NCBI RefSeq assembly: GCF_000150275.1
Contig: NW_002060946.1
Span: 2,995,454 to 3,059,453, forward strand
Length of the DNA: 64,000 nt
From: Trichoplax adhaerens
Taxonomy: Eukaryota > Animalia > Placozoa
Reading direction: 5' to 3'
Made by a program: the position numbers and the translations under genes. A model generated the notes under the pieces. The model made no database searches, was not told the origin of the DNA, and saw only the letters and a program-made list of their open reading frames with translations. Shown piece by piece: positions 37,169 to 49,964 of this stretch. How positions within the stretch are numbered: the stretch's first letter is position 1; each line of letters opens with the position of its first letter.

Positions 37169-38950
37169 ATAATGCCAGCATAGGGAATAAGGTGACTACC
37201 ACGAAATTCGAACACACTTTCACGTTAATAATTCGAACTTTAGTGAATTGTAATTTACATTGTTATATAAGCCATTTCAAATAAAATATATGTCAAGCTT
37301 ATTGACTTACAGTAGACCAAAGCGAACTAAAAGTATAAATTCAATTCAATACTGATGGTTATCACGACATGCAGTTTTATGCCGTTTAAAAATCAAAGAT
37401 GTTTTTATACATATTATGTTTAAAGCATACGTCTGATTCTATTTTCCTCCATAATATGGAGTATAATGATGGCTCTACTCTTTAGTTACAATGCTAAAAA
37501 TCTAAGAATGTCTTATAAAAAAGGAGTCACTATTCATCTAAGTATTCATAAAATATAAAGTTCGCCTTATGAATTTACAACTCAATTTGGTAAGAAATTT
37601 TTATTTTGATGGTTATTATAAGTTTCTAACTTTGAATGTACGATCAGAACCAGTATCATCTTAACAAGAGATTAATTGAATTGATAACTTTACTTGGTTA
37701 CAAGTTTAAAGTTTGATGATTATAAATTTCTCACTTTAAATATACGATTAGGACGAATACCATCTTGATAACAGATTAGTAAAATTATACTAAATTATGT
37801 CATACTAAATTGCAGGCCAATCTTTATGAACTTTATATCTTTTTGAAAGCAATTTTGTTTATTGGACCCTACATAGTCGTATTACTTTCATAAAAGTTTC
37901 CAATCCGCAAGTGATTGCGATCAATACTCACTATTGAACGTAGAGGATATAGTAGATATTTAGATAAGTAACACATTAAAAATAAGTCAACCTAGATTTG
38001 TAGAAGCTATTGTCACTAAAGTGCGTTGGAGTGTCAAAGCCAAAAGGTAACCAACTCTGAAAGTAACTCTATAACATTGCTAGTCTTAATTAATATGATA
38101 CGGTGGATTTAAGTGATGTTGCATAAGCCCTAATTTGCAAATGAACATTATAGTACTTTTATTCAAAACCGTGGAAGTTTTTCAGTGCGAGAACGATTAA
38201 AATAGCAATACTAAATATACGCTGATAGTTAAAAAAAAATTTAAGCGAAGTGAAACCTTGTCGACACGCCAATATAAGTGCAAGTTGATAAGAAATTGAC
38301 GGTAAATGTTAAAACTTTTCAACATAGCCTGAAATCTTTTCGGTAACTTATTAAAATTTTTATTCTTGTGTACCTCGGCGCAATTTTTCAAAATAATGGG
38401 TAATTACATTATTATATCTAAAAGAGCAAAGCAAACGATATGATACATTGAATACTTAGCACCTCAACTTTAGTTTAAGGTACGTATCGATCACATCACT
38501 TTATTTTTGGACTGTACAGTATTATTTTGGCATGCTGTTACTTAATGACATACCTTCAAATTGAATTCTTCTATTAAAACAGAACTGATCTTATTGTACA
38601 ATGTATAGCACATATAAATTGCAAGCAGTGCACTACATATGAATGAACTGCGACTAAACAATACTAGAATCTTACATATCATGACATTAAATATTGATAT
38701 CAAGGTACTTTTACAGATAAAAACGATGTACAGTAAGTGCAAACCTTATGGATTCAAAGTACTGTTCGTTAAATAGGATTCTAACACGAACTTGTAATTA
38801 TTATATCGAGAACATTTAAAAGTTAATGTTGTATGGTATTAGAAATATTTTTCAAGCCAAATGTTATATTTTATCCATGTATCGTGTGCCCTGACACGCC
38901 AGGTTACCGCAAATATTTGCAATCAAGAGATAATGTTTATAACCGATGGC

Positions 38951-41157
38951 TTAGTTAAGTCCAAGAAGAACTTTTGCTTCGTTGCTATTAGCTAGGAGCG
39001 TATCACTACTATACTTGTGTAATAGTTCCTGCAATTGAATGAGAAATGAGATGTAGGTAAGTTAAACTATTACCATTCTTTGACATGCAGAACATACTAA
39101 AACCATCTTATCATGTATCCTATAGAGTTCTACGACTATGTAATGATAATGCAAATAATCGTATTAAATCTATATTGCGTTCTTCCTGTTCATACTGGCA
39201 TTATTCACGTTAGCTCAGATAAAGAAGAGATCTAATCAAAACTAGACTTATCACGCACCATTTTCTTCCTCTTTACCAGTAGTTCCTCAACCTTTCAATT
39301 TGATAATTACACTTATTTAGTAAGCAGCACACATAATTTTAGAGTTAATGTGTTTTAACAATTACAATATTAATATTAGATTACTTCTTTCTGCGACGGT
39401 ACAGGAACGTGTACTGCAAACGATTGGTCGGATTTATCTTTACTCTGTTCGCCATTATCATTATCCTTTTAATTAATCGCAAAATTTAATATTAAATTGG
39501 TGGACTACTCGTTGCTATTATCTACAAATTTACGCTAGTGATTAATCTATTGATATTACATTAGTATCTGCGACGGCATAGATATTTTGTTCTTCTTTAT
39601 CCTCTGGAATTTCGCCTCTTTCCTTCATGGCATTCCATTCCTTTACAGCCGCAGCGACAACTGTAAGAAGAATTTTCGCATTAGCCTATACATATACATG
39701 TTGGATACATTTTCTATTTTAGTGACAGAACAATAAATATTAGTACTGACGTGAAGCTTCTGCTTCTTTCTCTAATGGTACAATTACGCCGTCATCTTCA
39801 TCACGATAGCCATAATAATCAGCATCTACATGACGATATAGTTCGCCTCTAGTACGTCTTGGCTTTTCAGGTTCTGTAATCATGGTTTAAATATTTAAGG
39901 TTTTTTAAGTTATCATCAATTGAAATTATGCTATAAAAATCATAGGTATAAACATTATCAATATGATTACTTTCTTGTTCAAATAGTTCCCTAACTCCTG
40001 GTAAATCTTTTGCTGCCCCAAAGTATCTATTAATAAGAGTTATATCATTAGTAAGACCTCAGTAATTTTCTCACAACCTTAGGAAAATTCTAATAAGTAA
40101 AATAAAATAGGACCAACTTGTAGCCACGATTGCCTGGAACTTCTTTGCCTTCGCGGTCGAGCATCTTCGGTCCCACTTTCTATTGTCGTAGGAGAACAAT
40201 CATGGTCTTTTATATCTAAATGCAGTATAGGATTAGTACAGTAGAATCAAGGTCTATTTACCGCATAATCTGGGCCTCCTAGTTCTTTGATACGATCTTG
40301 CCAATATCGTTTTTCTCGTAGTAATTTATTAATTTCGTCGTTTAAATCTCGAAGTCGGAATTCTCCTAGACCAGCTGATCAATGGTATGAATAAGAATTA
40401 GCTCGACTATAAGCATCTTCTAAGCCATGTATAGTTTAGCAAAGTTGTCTATTAAGGTATAGGATGATACCGTTCTGTATTTGGGCTACTTTCTTTGCTA
40501 TTTCACGGATAATTTCTCGTCTCCACTTTTCGGCTGCTGGTAAATCATCACAATCACTTGCAAGAAAAGGTCTTCGCTCCTGTGTGATGTAAAATGTCAT
40601 TTAGCATAATAGTGGAATTCCGTCTAAGACGCCAATCTATTTGCGTCCCTTTTTTACGTCTAGTTAGCAGAGTTTTATTGACAGTAGAGTCAAACGATAT
40701 TATAGAGTAAGTAGAATAATTAAAGCTATAACTCATTAATCAGCACTATTACTCAGTTATTATAATATTAAGAGTACCTTCATTCCTCTGCTGTCTTCAG
40801 CTGCTTTGGCTGCGCGAAAGCGCGACAACATTGACCTAAAGTGGAAAAGGCAAGCTCATAAGCAACTGTAGTACTAAAGTGTACAGCATCGTCAATCCTT
40901 TTGTAGACATGAATATCTCCTTATTCAGTAAAGTATTAAATCCATGGATGATGGATAAGGTACACTAATACATATCCTATCCATCATCATAAGGAATAAT
41001 TTCTTACATTGCTTTCTCTGCATTACGAGCCTACCATTTGAAAAAAGTGCAAAATAACCGGTCAGTAATACCATTTGAATCATGCAGAATACGCAACAAG
41101 ATTTCAATTGCAAGTCAACAGAACAAATCTTTCACATATCAAGTATTCACTGACCAT
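38951..41157 (-). CDS. ISY1: Pre-mRNA splicing factor ISY1
   Basis: M / ARNAEKAM / SMLSRFR / ERRPFLASDCDDLPAAEKWRREIIREIAKKVAQIQN / AGLGEFRLRDLNDEINKLLREK / GKEVPGNRGYK / YFGAAKDLPGVRELFE / VHVPVPSQKE / ...AKVLLGLN*. Confidence 0.96.
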
Positions 41158-41808
41158 GATTTCCTTCTGATAGACTCCACTAAACGTCTACAATTGGATA
41201 TTATAATTAATTAATATTAGAATCCACTTTTAGCAGGCCAATTTTCTCGGCGTGCTTGTAAAATCGATCAAGACTGAGTAACCACCAGACTAAGATGGAT
41301 TTTTCGGGTGTATTTATCTGCAGAAATACAGTATATAACGTACAGTAGGGTAATGTAGCAGCGTTTTCATACAGTCTACAGTGGGAATATGCGCCAACTT
41401 CGTTTTTACTATCAACTTCAAATGCATATGTATGTCCTGTACAGTACACTTGAGTCTATACAATACCCTATTGTGCCGCAACTGCATGATTGGTCTTGAC
41501 TGAAGAACGATCCATAGTACCAAGCGTCAGCCATGGACTTCCAATCCATGGAAAGTACTGTACTTTCTACTGTAGCAGGCGAGGAATGGACTGTAACACA
41601 GGGTACTGTACACTGTATAGTATCGTACCGTATTTTGCGCGCTTTGTGCTACTTGTTGCCTTCATTACTCTATACTGTCTATAGTGCTGTACTCGTCTGC
41701 CAGTCTCACTTGTGGACCGTACCACCTGATTCAGTGCCGCATGGAGTCCATCAGTGGAGCCCTGTGCCCGGCTGTGCGTACGGACAGATGATGCACGTCT
41801 ACTGGCAT

Positions 41809-42120
41809 AACGATTTGATTCAACCAACCGGACTGACGGAGTAAAGCTATTACAGGACAACACAGTACAGTACTGTACTGTACTGTACTGTACAGTATAA
41901 GCCAGCCCGAAGGACAGTACAGACTGTACTGTACAGTGTACAGTACTGTAGTGTGCAACAATTGGACTCAGCCAACCGGACTGACGGAGCAAAGCGAGTA
42001 CCCCACAAAACAGTATACAGTAGAACCCAGGCCAAAGGACAGCACAGTAACTGTAGTATGCAACGATTGGACTCAACCAACCGGACTGACGGAGTAAAGC
42101 CACTACGGGACAACACAGTA
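41809..42120. repeat. Three-copy tandem repeat (periods 148 and 105 bp) in the ISY1/PIBF1 divergent intergenic region
   Basis: 39-bp core aac.att.ga.tca.ccaaccggactgacggag.aaagc at 41809, 41957 and 42062; copy 1 is lengthened by CAGTA/CTGTA units. Confidence 0.92.
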
Positions 42121-42217
42121 TATAATCGTCTCACAAAATTAAGCATAGTAGCAGTTAGAATTCAATTGAGAATGATACGATATATGGAAGAGAATTGAAG
42201 ATAAACAAATATGCGCT

Positions 42218-45200
42218 ATGGATAGTAGCTTTGCTAACGCTTCAGTCAGTGAAATCTTAACGGATGATTTACTATCCACCAGTTTAGATGCTTCTATTTA
42301 TCGATCGTCATCGTCATCGGAAAATGAAGATAGCGATCGAAAGCCTGCCAAAAGTGGCGGGAAAATCAGCAAACAACGATTAGAACGAAAAGAGTTAAGG
42401 CATACCTTGCAGATATTGAAATTAGAGTTGTCGCAAAAGAGTGCTACTATTGATAACCTTCGATCTGAATATACAATGAAAATAGACGATTTAGAAGATC
42501 GATTAGGCGAAGCATTACATCAGAAACAAATTATTCAAGCCCAAATGGAAGCGCAATTACAAATGCTGCAAGATAGCTCAAAGAATCGAACTGAAAAAAT
42601 GACCGACAATATGGCAGTTATTCAACAGCGACAACGCTCTCTAGAAATGGCTAATTTAGAATTACAAACGCGCTCTGGTGAAATACGCCATACCTTATCA
42701 AATATAGATAATTTCGAACATTTATATGATGATTTAAACGACAAAAACCCTCACGAGTTGGCATTACCTCATTATGCAGTGGTAGGTTTTACGTAACTGC
42801 AATTTTATGTGCAATAGCCTATTATAGTTTCATCTGTCGATGGCTCGATAAATAGACGGGTACGGTTGAAAGATGTCAGGCTGCAGCGATATCTTCATAT
42901 GCACAGGATATACTGCTACTATAAACTGTTTAGACATTAAGTAGGCCACTAAAAATATGACTGATAGAATGCATAACTAGACATTGTCAAGATAGCTATT
43001 ACGCCTGTTTTGCGGTTGTAGTCGTTTCAACTAGTTGCAGTAGTAATTGAAGTACGGTAGCATTATTAAGGGGTTGTATAACCCAACCCACTAGCGCTGT
43101 ATTTTAATCGCATTAACAATTCTATCCTGCGCTTCTACAATATTTTCATAGCTTAAATTTTTTGAAGCAATCCGACCGTTAAGGCGAGAAATCAATGAAA
43201 TAAAAACCTTGAACATTGATTTAAATGACAAGAATCGTATACAATCGGAGCAAATTTTCCAATTGCAAGATACCTGCGATCAACTACGTAATGAAAAGAC
43301 AGATATGAATATCCAAATGCAAAAGTTAACTTTAGAGAATGAGGATTTTAAGAGTAAGATAAAAGCCATAACCCATAAAGAAGTAGCATTTGACCAGCTA
43401 GAAAAAGAAAAGCGAGCCCTTGAGCAAGAAGTACAGATGTTAAGAAATGCAGCATCGATAGTGGAAGGAACATTACATGCTAGGACAACGGAAAGAGATG
43501 ATTCAAGCAAAGAGGTAAACATCTTAGAGCAAAAATTAACTATACAATCTATCTATTTAGGATGTTTTAACGATCTAGATCGTATTCTTTCTTTCATTCA
43601 ATCGTTTCGGATAGTTGGCAGGTTGTAGGCAAGCACTAGCCATTTTACAGCAAGACAAAGTATATCTTACAAAACAAGTCAATGAAGCCAATTTTAAAAT
43701 CTCTCGTTGTCAAGAAAAAGCTGAAACTTTGGATGAGCAGTTAATTACGGCTAAACGTGCTAGAGAAGAATTGTATGAAAAGTATATGTCTTGCAGGTAT
43801 TTTATACTGTAAAAATAATAATGTTGAATAGACCTGATTGTTGAACAATGGCCTCTTATACGCGAATACTCTGTTATGTTATAGAGCATACTTGAATTAA
43901 TTATAATATAAATTAGAAGCTAGATACATTTCAAATCTTTATTCTATAAATATAACTGCTTAGAGAACAATATAAAACAGAATACGAAGAGCGTCTAGCA
44001 GCTGAGCTAAAGAATCTACGAGGTCAAACTGAAGCTGAAATGGAAAGATTGAGATCCACAACGAGAGATGTATACGATCGCGAAGGTCGGCAGCTACGTG
44101 AAGCTCGTGAAATTGCAATTCATGAGCGAGATCGCCTTGTCGTCGAGCTGAAAGTAAGCTTCTAAATTAATTTGATTTTACGCGCCTTGCATACCGAAAT
44201 TTAACTACCGTATAATGTAATTCGTTATAAAACTACAGGAGGCTAGAGGAAATTATGAAAGTATATTAAAAGAATTACATCGACAGCAAGCTGATACAGA
44301 TACAAAATTAAATGATCTGCTAACTGCAGCTAAGGTATCATCATTTGAAAAGGATCGCATTCAACTCATTTATGAAGAGAATTTAAAGTCTTTACGCAAT
44401 TGCAAAGACCAGATTGAGCTTCTTCGAAAGAAAAACGAGGTAGTGAATATTCGTTTACTAGTTAATTATACACAATGTATAATTGATTGTAATAATACTT
44501 ATTTTACAGATCCTTACCAAAGAATTATATTCACTTCAATCATCAAGTGAAAAGCGTATTCATGAGTTGGAGACAAAAGTCACCGACAATAACGGCAAAT
44601 TAAGAACATACGAAAAATTGGAGAAAGAATTAGACGAAGTAGTCATGCAGGCAGCAGAAGGTAATGGCTAAATTTTGTTCTCTATTACTTCATCAATTTT
44701 TGTATAAGAAATCCTTTCTTCGTCATAATTGGTTACTTTTTATGTTGTATTACTATTACAGTGGCTGATGAGGCAGACGCTGAGCAGCTCTTATACTCGT
44801 ATGGCTATGGCGCTAACATACCCAGCTCTTCAAAAAGACGACTACAGCAGAGGTATTGTAATCTTTGATATTCACTACAGTCTACTAGATTGCGTAGTCA
44901 GGATATAAACTTCATTTTGCGTACGTTAACAAATGATTGTTATAGTGTTCATTTGGCAAGAAGAATCTTAAAACTAGAGAAGGATAATACCAAACTTAAA
45001 CAAGATTTACAAAATTATCAAATAAAGAATGAGCAATTAAGCGATGAGGTTACAACCCAAAATTTTTTATTCCAGTTAAACTAGTAATGGATAGCTCACA
45101 TTGTGGTTGCGTATTTAATAAATTAAAACACTTAATTTACGATCCTTGAAGGTGGCTAATAGTACCAAGTTATTAAATGATGCTCAACAACCTTATAATT

Positions 45201-46145
45201 ATCTAATTGAGAGCATAAAAACCAGAGATCAACAAATAGAAACTCATAAGAAATTAATTGCCAACTTACAGAATGATACCAAGTAAGCTTATAAGATTAA
45301 TTAGCCCTTCTAATTGGTAATGAAGAGATGGCAACAATATTAACCAATACAAATATTTCTGCTTTTAACAGGAACTTGGTGCGCGAAAAGAATGACTTGT
45401 TAAAGCAAAAAAATCAATTGAGTAGTTCTCTTGAAAGATTATTGCTGAATAGAAAGGTAGCATAATAACAGAGAAACTTATTGTCGCCTAAATGTCTATA
45501 ATATTGTCTGCATTGTGTTTGGCACGATAGCGTTATTGGTGCAATAATTGGTTACTATTCTAAGTAAATGTATTCAATTTCAGGAACTTAATTCTATAAA
45601 AGACATAATTACGCATTTGCGGCAGCATCATGGATTTGAAAATGTCGCTAGCATCCCCACCCCGTTGAATCAAGAATCAACCCAATCTTCCGAATTGCCG
45701 CCGCGTCCAACCTTATTTGTATGTGAGCAGTTTACATTGTATAAGATACGGATACTTTTAAAATTTTGAAGGGCTCCATTGAACTGTTATCTAGTGTTCT
45801 ACGTATTACATTCATCTGCATGTATGCATAAATATCTATGAAATTAAAGTTACTACTAGGATGACATACGTATCAGCGTTATAACGCTTACGTTTCGCTG
45901 ACACAATTTGATGGGCCTTTAATTATATATTAATGATATAAGACATATTGCACCTTATTGAAGACATTAATTTATGTTCAGCTATTGCTACACTTACTAA
46001 GCATGCAGTAAGCGCAAACTACTCGTGTAATTAATATGATGTGCCTTGTGTGACGTGAATGCTAATATCATCGCTTGTTTTATAACAGACTAAGAAACAG
46101 TCGCCGTCTTGGTATCGACAGTTGGTCAAGTCAAATTCTAGATGA
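42218..46145 (+). CDS. PIBF1: PIBF1/CEP90 centriolar coiled-coil protein
   Basis: [33 protein letters not shown]; [17 protein letters not shown]; [33 protein letters not shown]; [15 protein letters not shown]; C-terminal [15 protein letters not shown]; stop TGA 46143-46145. Confidence 0.93.
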
Positions 46146-47422
46146 AGTAACAAGATGACGACGATGTATATATTTCTGTATAGCATAGTATGTACTAACT
46201 GTATATTGATAGTGTTTATAGCAAGGTGATATAACTGTACATTGATCGATTTTGATCAGAGATATCTGTCATTTTCAAATCGAACCTGTTGTATTGACGA
46301 TAAGTTAATGATGGATGGGCAAATCTATAAATAGATTGCTATTACCCTATTGAGCACACTTGTACAGGTATTTTAATCGATTATAAAATAAATTTATTTG
46401 TGTAATCAAATTATTCTTAGGTCTTGATACTTTTGTTTAGTTCCACGTTCTACTATTATAAATTTGGACCAACGTTATTAGAATTTATAAATGTTGTTTT
46501 TCGTTTATTATTCTTGGTGGGGACGTTGTCAATGAATTTTTAATGTATTGCACGAGTACGCAGTCAGAGGAAAACGTTTACAATTCAGTTTGTTCATGTT
46601 GCAGTTTATATTGTATAACCCACTACTGTTTCTAGCGAGGAACAATTCTTATTTTACGCGATACACAAATTATCATATCAATTTAATATACTTTCAACAA
46701 GCTCATTTCATGTCTTGTTCCTCGTTGTGCTATCGGTAGTCACGACGCAATATTTATTTTGTGATAGATTTAAAATTATTCTGTGAATAGGATTATCTTT
46801 TCCGACTATGTACTTACTGTGCTAGCAATGAGTTATGTTCTTCGCTGCTGCCGGCTCTTGATCAGACTCGCTACCTATACAATACATTATGATCCTGAGC
46901 CGGAATGGCATTATTTTAAAAAAAACAAAATAATAGGCATTCTTAGATGTTTATTTTGACAAGTTGGCTCTGACGTCTGCAGAGGAGTAAATCAAAGAGA
47001 GTCGTTCTTGCGTCTAAGAAGGTATTTTGTCAACATGCAGAACACCATCCGATATGGGAGGACTCTTGTCGCAATGACTGTCGCTAAGATGATTTACATA
47101 TAATAATAATAATGTAATCCGTCCCATTACCAATGGAATGGAAAGTCCATTCTACGATTGGTGAATATATTCAATTCACTTATCGCAAATGAAATTGCAG
47201 AGGCATGCAATGGCTGTACTGTACCTACAGTTGTAGCAGTAGGTAGATCAGTGGGTTCAAAAATGGACGACATTTGTGGTCGAAATTGTAAAATATTACG
47301 ACTTCTAGCCAAGGGCAAATGGGCAATAGCATGTCCAAATTAATCATAGACTAGTTAAAAGAGTGACAGACTCGATTCAAAGCATGCGTAGCTGACTGCT
47401 CTTAGTGATTGACGCCAACCCG

Positions 47423-47552
47423 TATACAGTACAGTATACAAGTTATGCTCGTACAGTATACTGTAGGCTACAGTACTGTACTGTACAGTACAGTGTAGTG
47501 TACTGTACTGTACTGTACAGTATGTGATCCAGTATACTGTACTGTACCTGTA
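47423..47552. repeat. Mixed-orientation TACAG/TACTG pentamer array
   Basis: tacagtactgtactgtacagtacagtgtagtgtactgtactgtactgtacagta. Confidence 0.9.
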
Positions 47553-49964
47553 TTGTCATCGGTGTACTGTAGGAAAACAGATGTCGTGCGTTGACTGAAG
47601 CGTGACGTTTGCATCGTGGCACAACGTTCAATGCGACATGTGTTTTACACATGTTGATAGTCTGCATAAGATATCGTTGCATTGAAAGTGTACCCAGTGA
47701 ACAAAGTACCAGGACTGAATACGGATAGGAGAGGAAGCGACTTGATGATTGATTGATTTTTTTACATGCAGAAATGACAGTAGTCGGCTAGCGTACGCAA
47801 CGCCAGTACTTGTTAAAGCGTTGACTACAGTTCACTACTGACCAAAAGGTCACTTCCAATGCCGTCGATTGTTGACTCATACTGTACGTCAACGTTTGAA
47901 TTAGGCCCGTACGACGCAGGTGGAACTCAACCGGGACGACGACAATGCATCGAAGAACAAAAGCTAGCCCCACCAGCTAGTCAGCAGTCACTCGTCCCTG
48001 AGTATCAGACTCTGCCAAAAATTGAAATTACAATGCAAAGTCACGCACTTTGAACTGTGGTCCGGTCCTCTACAGTACGATACACTGTAGACGACAGGGC
48101 TGTCGAGCATTGTCCTGGAGCTGTGGCTGACTGCATCCACCACGCACTCGATGCGAGTCATACAACTCGCGTTGGCCTCAACCAATCAACGACAAGTTGG
48201 TTTTTTATCTTGCAGCTGTGCGGACAACTGGACAACGACTCAAGCAGCCAACTCAGACGTGCATTGATGACGCTACTGAGTGCACTCTCGACAACCTCGT
48301 TGGGGAAAAAAATTGAAATACAAAATAGCAAAAGAAATTAATGCTCAACTTGCAGTGAAAATAGCACTGGATTGCTTGGTTTTTGCCTATTCGACACAGT
48401 ATTGATTTACTTTGTGGATCTTTCAATTCAATCCTATCGATTAATCGTGGCAAAGAGTTGATTTCAAGTTGGTGCACCAGCTCAATTTTCATGCATTGCC
48501 AGTGACAACTCCGACTGTGTCATTAAAGGTAAGTCAGCGCAAAATGGACATGCAGCTCTCGACTGCCTCCGACAGAAAATAACATGTAAATTGATCTATC
48601 GTGGTAGAGTAAAGCAAAGAATCTACTATTTTGTAACCTTGATCAGCTACGATCACAAACGATTATTCTCTATGCTGTACTAGTACAGTGATTGCAGGAC
48701 TAGCCAATCCATTCTATCTTATCATGCCCTCGAGAAATAACTCGACTCACCAGCCATCATTCTCAACCACTTGAAATAGGCACCAACGACAATCGACTAT
48801 CATGTCCAGCGTACAGTACTGTCAAGGAAAAATTTAAACTTTTAAAATAGAAATGCTACTGTAATGGACAAGTCAATCATGACAGACAGTGTAGTTGAAT
48901 TAATGAACTGAGCAAATTTCTATCGACGGTAAAACACAGATGCCAAGTCTTGACTCTTCAAATCGCCTCTTCTAACCGCAGTACACCATATATAAACTGA
49001 TACTATTTATATAACTGATCCAACATGGACTGTCCTTTTCTCTCTATCCACATACATATCCAACGTATATACTGTACTATACTGGTATAGCTTGACTTCC
49101 ACTAATCGACCAGTAGTAGTAGCCGTTTTTCAATTCGTTATTGTCTAGCTTAACGGATACTCTCTTTCCGTAATGACTATCCTTGTTGAATTATCCTGAA
49201 TCATTTCATACCAGGTACTGTACATACTGTACAGTAGTCAGTTGACTAGTGCTGTCGGAAATGTATCCATTGGACAACTAAAATGATAAATTATGTATCA
49301 AATCCAGCGCATAACGAACGATAGATAAGTACTAGCGTACGTGCTTACGTCTTGAATAATGATCGATTAATGCATCTGTACAAAATACAAATGGTAAAAT
49401 ACATCATAATCAATTTCGTTAAAATCAAGATCTGCCATCGATTTGTAGATCCTCAGTTACACCATGCACATGAATTAACTCCTATGTTAATAGTATTGTT
49501 ACGATCGACAAACTAATTGCAATAAACGACCTGCGCTAATGGAAAGGGCAATGTGTTATCTTGTACCAATCAAGGAAAAATTTCACATCAGTTGGAAAGA
49601 AGTATTGTGACGCACTGCTATACACTGTACATTACTTTAATTTCCTCATTTTGCCATGAAATCGATAGATATCAAATAGAAAAGTGTAATGTTGAACCTC
49701 AATGAAAATCCAATATCACCCTATTGAAAATTATTATTATTTTTTTTTGGGGGGGGGGGAAATACTGAACACATTCTATAGTGTTGTACAACTTGTCTTG
49801 AAAAATTGTTAAAAAGGCTTGTGATACCTTCTATTTGGCTTATTATACTGGTTAACTAATTGATCCATTACTTGATCTGATAGCACGACAAAATACTGTT
49901 GGAATAAGCAGACTCACAACCAATTTTAAAACATACTGAATAGTCTAAATACAAAGGAAACAAT

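Noticed and set aside
40460-40472. Possible U12-type intron in ISY1 (donor GTATCATCC)
   Set aside because: Does not match the RTATCCTT consensus; I saw no convincing U12 intron in the window
41567-42146. 178-aa and 98-aa minus-strand ORFs with repeated motifs (LLRQSGWL; PSVRL)
   Set aside because: Read-through of the three-copy promoter repeat and pentamer arrays
46750-47345. Possible ncRNA or small gene downstream of PIBF1
   Set aside because: No recognisable RNA family motif, stable long hairpin or protein similarity by eye
49740-49759. T9G11 homopolymer junction
   Set aside because: A single G run, insufficient for an intramolecular G-quadruplex claim, and its length is error-prone
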